From positions 1 to 17,022 of the forward strand of contig NW_021825188.1 in NCBI RefSeq assembly GCF_006345805.1: DNA of 17,022 bases. The letters are read 5' to 3'. This DNA comes from Octopus sinensis (Eukaryota). The notes under the pieces are model-generated. The model was not told the origin of the DNA. It did not search any database and saw only the letters and a program-made list of their open reading frames with translations. How positions within the stretch are numbered: the stretch's first letter is position 1; each line of letters begins with the position of its first letter. Made by a program: the position numbers and the translations under genes. Shown piece by piece: positions 15,825-17,022 of this stretch.

Positions 15825-16710
15825 ATATGTTTCATTAGCTTACAGGTGTTTCTGCTACGAGAAACCCTGCAACCAGAGCTGAGTGCCAACGCAACATCTA
15901 ATAGCTTTCTCACACCATTGTACAATGTTCTTCCATCCTTTGCCAAGTTTAGACGCTGGCACCGAAGAGATAAATCTGGCTGTATTTGATGTGAACGCTA
16001 TGCATTCTTGGGAAAAATTCTAGACGTACGTGTCATTCAAGGCAGTGTTTGCTCACTGTGCTCTGAGTTCCGACTGATGTTTTAAACAAGCAAATGCAGC
16101 CACAGTGAAATCCATGAAGCATCGACACCAATTTTCACATAATTGAAAATATTGTTATATTTCGTTTTTGTTTTGATTTTTGCTAAATAAACATACGCAT
16201 TATATATTCATTCTTTACTTCAGATCTACTATTGTCCTTTGTGTGGATCGTCACACATCCTGTGACCTCATTAGCAATTCTCCATCCCACGTGTTTCCTT
16301 CCGTTCTGTTTAGTTTAGTTCATTGTCAATTGAAAATGTACTGCATACTAAAAAGGTTGTTTAAAAGAAGAAAAAAAGTAATCAAGTCAGGTTTTGTATC
16401 CAAAGTTGGGCCGCCCATAAGCTTTAATTTTTTTTTTCCTGAATATGCGGTGCTGAAACTGGGAGCATCTGACGTGCCATTGCGTCTTTTATGCTATCAA
16501 AAACAGTAAAAGTAGATGTATTAGAACACAGATTATTGCGATGGCAGTTTGGTGCATATAAGCACTCTTATTTATATCGCAAGCGGGAAATTAATTACTT
16601 GCCATCACCATCGCCGAGACTACCGGATCACGAGATTTCGAACTTCTTTAATTCAGCACAGAACTTGTTTGATCATAAGCAAAGAATATTTAAGACTCAA
16701 GATATCTGAA
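15825..16710 (-). mobile_element. Heavily decayed Penelope-like element (RT thumb, endonuclease C-terminus, hammerhead 3' half)
   Basis: Minus-strand pieces in PLE order: KKFEIS (16631-16648; cf. F.TSVYRK), P.RYK, HRNNLCSN (16521-16545; cf. HRA..ICS), F....IK......P, then SKHCLE (16036-16053; cf. A.H.....H), then GAAA-CACCTG-TA-AGCT near 15837-15852. Many stops and frameshifts. Confidence 0.55.
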
Positions 16711-16809
16711 TAATGTTAAGGGTAGAAAGATGAAAGTGGATTTGAGAGGAATTTATGTGATTCTAAGCCATACTGCACTAACGAAAGAACCCCATAATAT
16801 CGTAGCCAT

Positions 16810-17022
16810 TTTGTTTTACTTGCTTTAGTCTTTAGATCGCGGTCATGTTGGAGCACCGCCTTGAAAGGTTTCGTCGAAAAAAATCGATCCAAGTATTTAC
16901 TTTTTAAAATCTGGTGCTTATTCTATCGATCTCTTTGATTACCGAACCGCTAAGTTACGAGGACGTAAACAAAACAAATACCAGCTTAACAGCGGTGTTG
17001 GGGCCAAAAACAGACCACAAAG
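16810..17022 (-). mobile_element. Diverged 3' half of the bipartite SINE (runs off the window end)
   Basis: gcggtcatgttggagcaccgcctt...ttattctatcgatctc...ccgaaccgctaagttacgaggacgtaaac aligns with 12325-12460. Confidence 0.85.

Overview
AT-rich, microsatellite-saturated eukaryotic (animal) non-coding DNA with no supportable host protein-coding exon, rRNA or intact tRNA gene. The repeat families and composition resemble an octopus (coleoid cephalopod) genome; that assignment is from memory, not from a search. Contents: (i) several tRNA-derived SINEs from at least four families; (ii) a young 5'-truncated R4/Dong-clade non-LTR retrotransposon (RT, CCHC, restriction-like endonuclease) ending in a (TAA)n tract; (iii) decayed RTE, L1/Tx1 and Penelope-like (PLE) fragments; (iv) a near-identical tandem duplication of a ~551-bp element inside (TTA)n; (v) a 4-copy ~190-bp minisatellite; (vi) three inverted-duplication structures. 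The most interesting signal is RNA-structural. Four type-I hammerhead ribozymes with an intact catalytic core can be folded by eye (689-725 +, 12803-12898 -, 14689-14748 +, 15149-15232 +), plus several decayed ones. Two lie just downstream of decayed PLE coding remnants, and one forms the arm of an 80-bp near-perfect foldback. All long ORFs at 4137-6608 are microsatellite artefacts.
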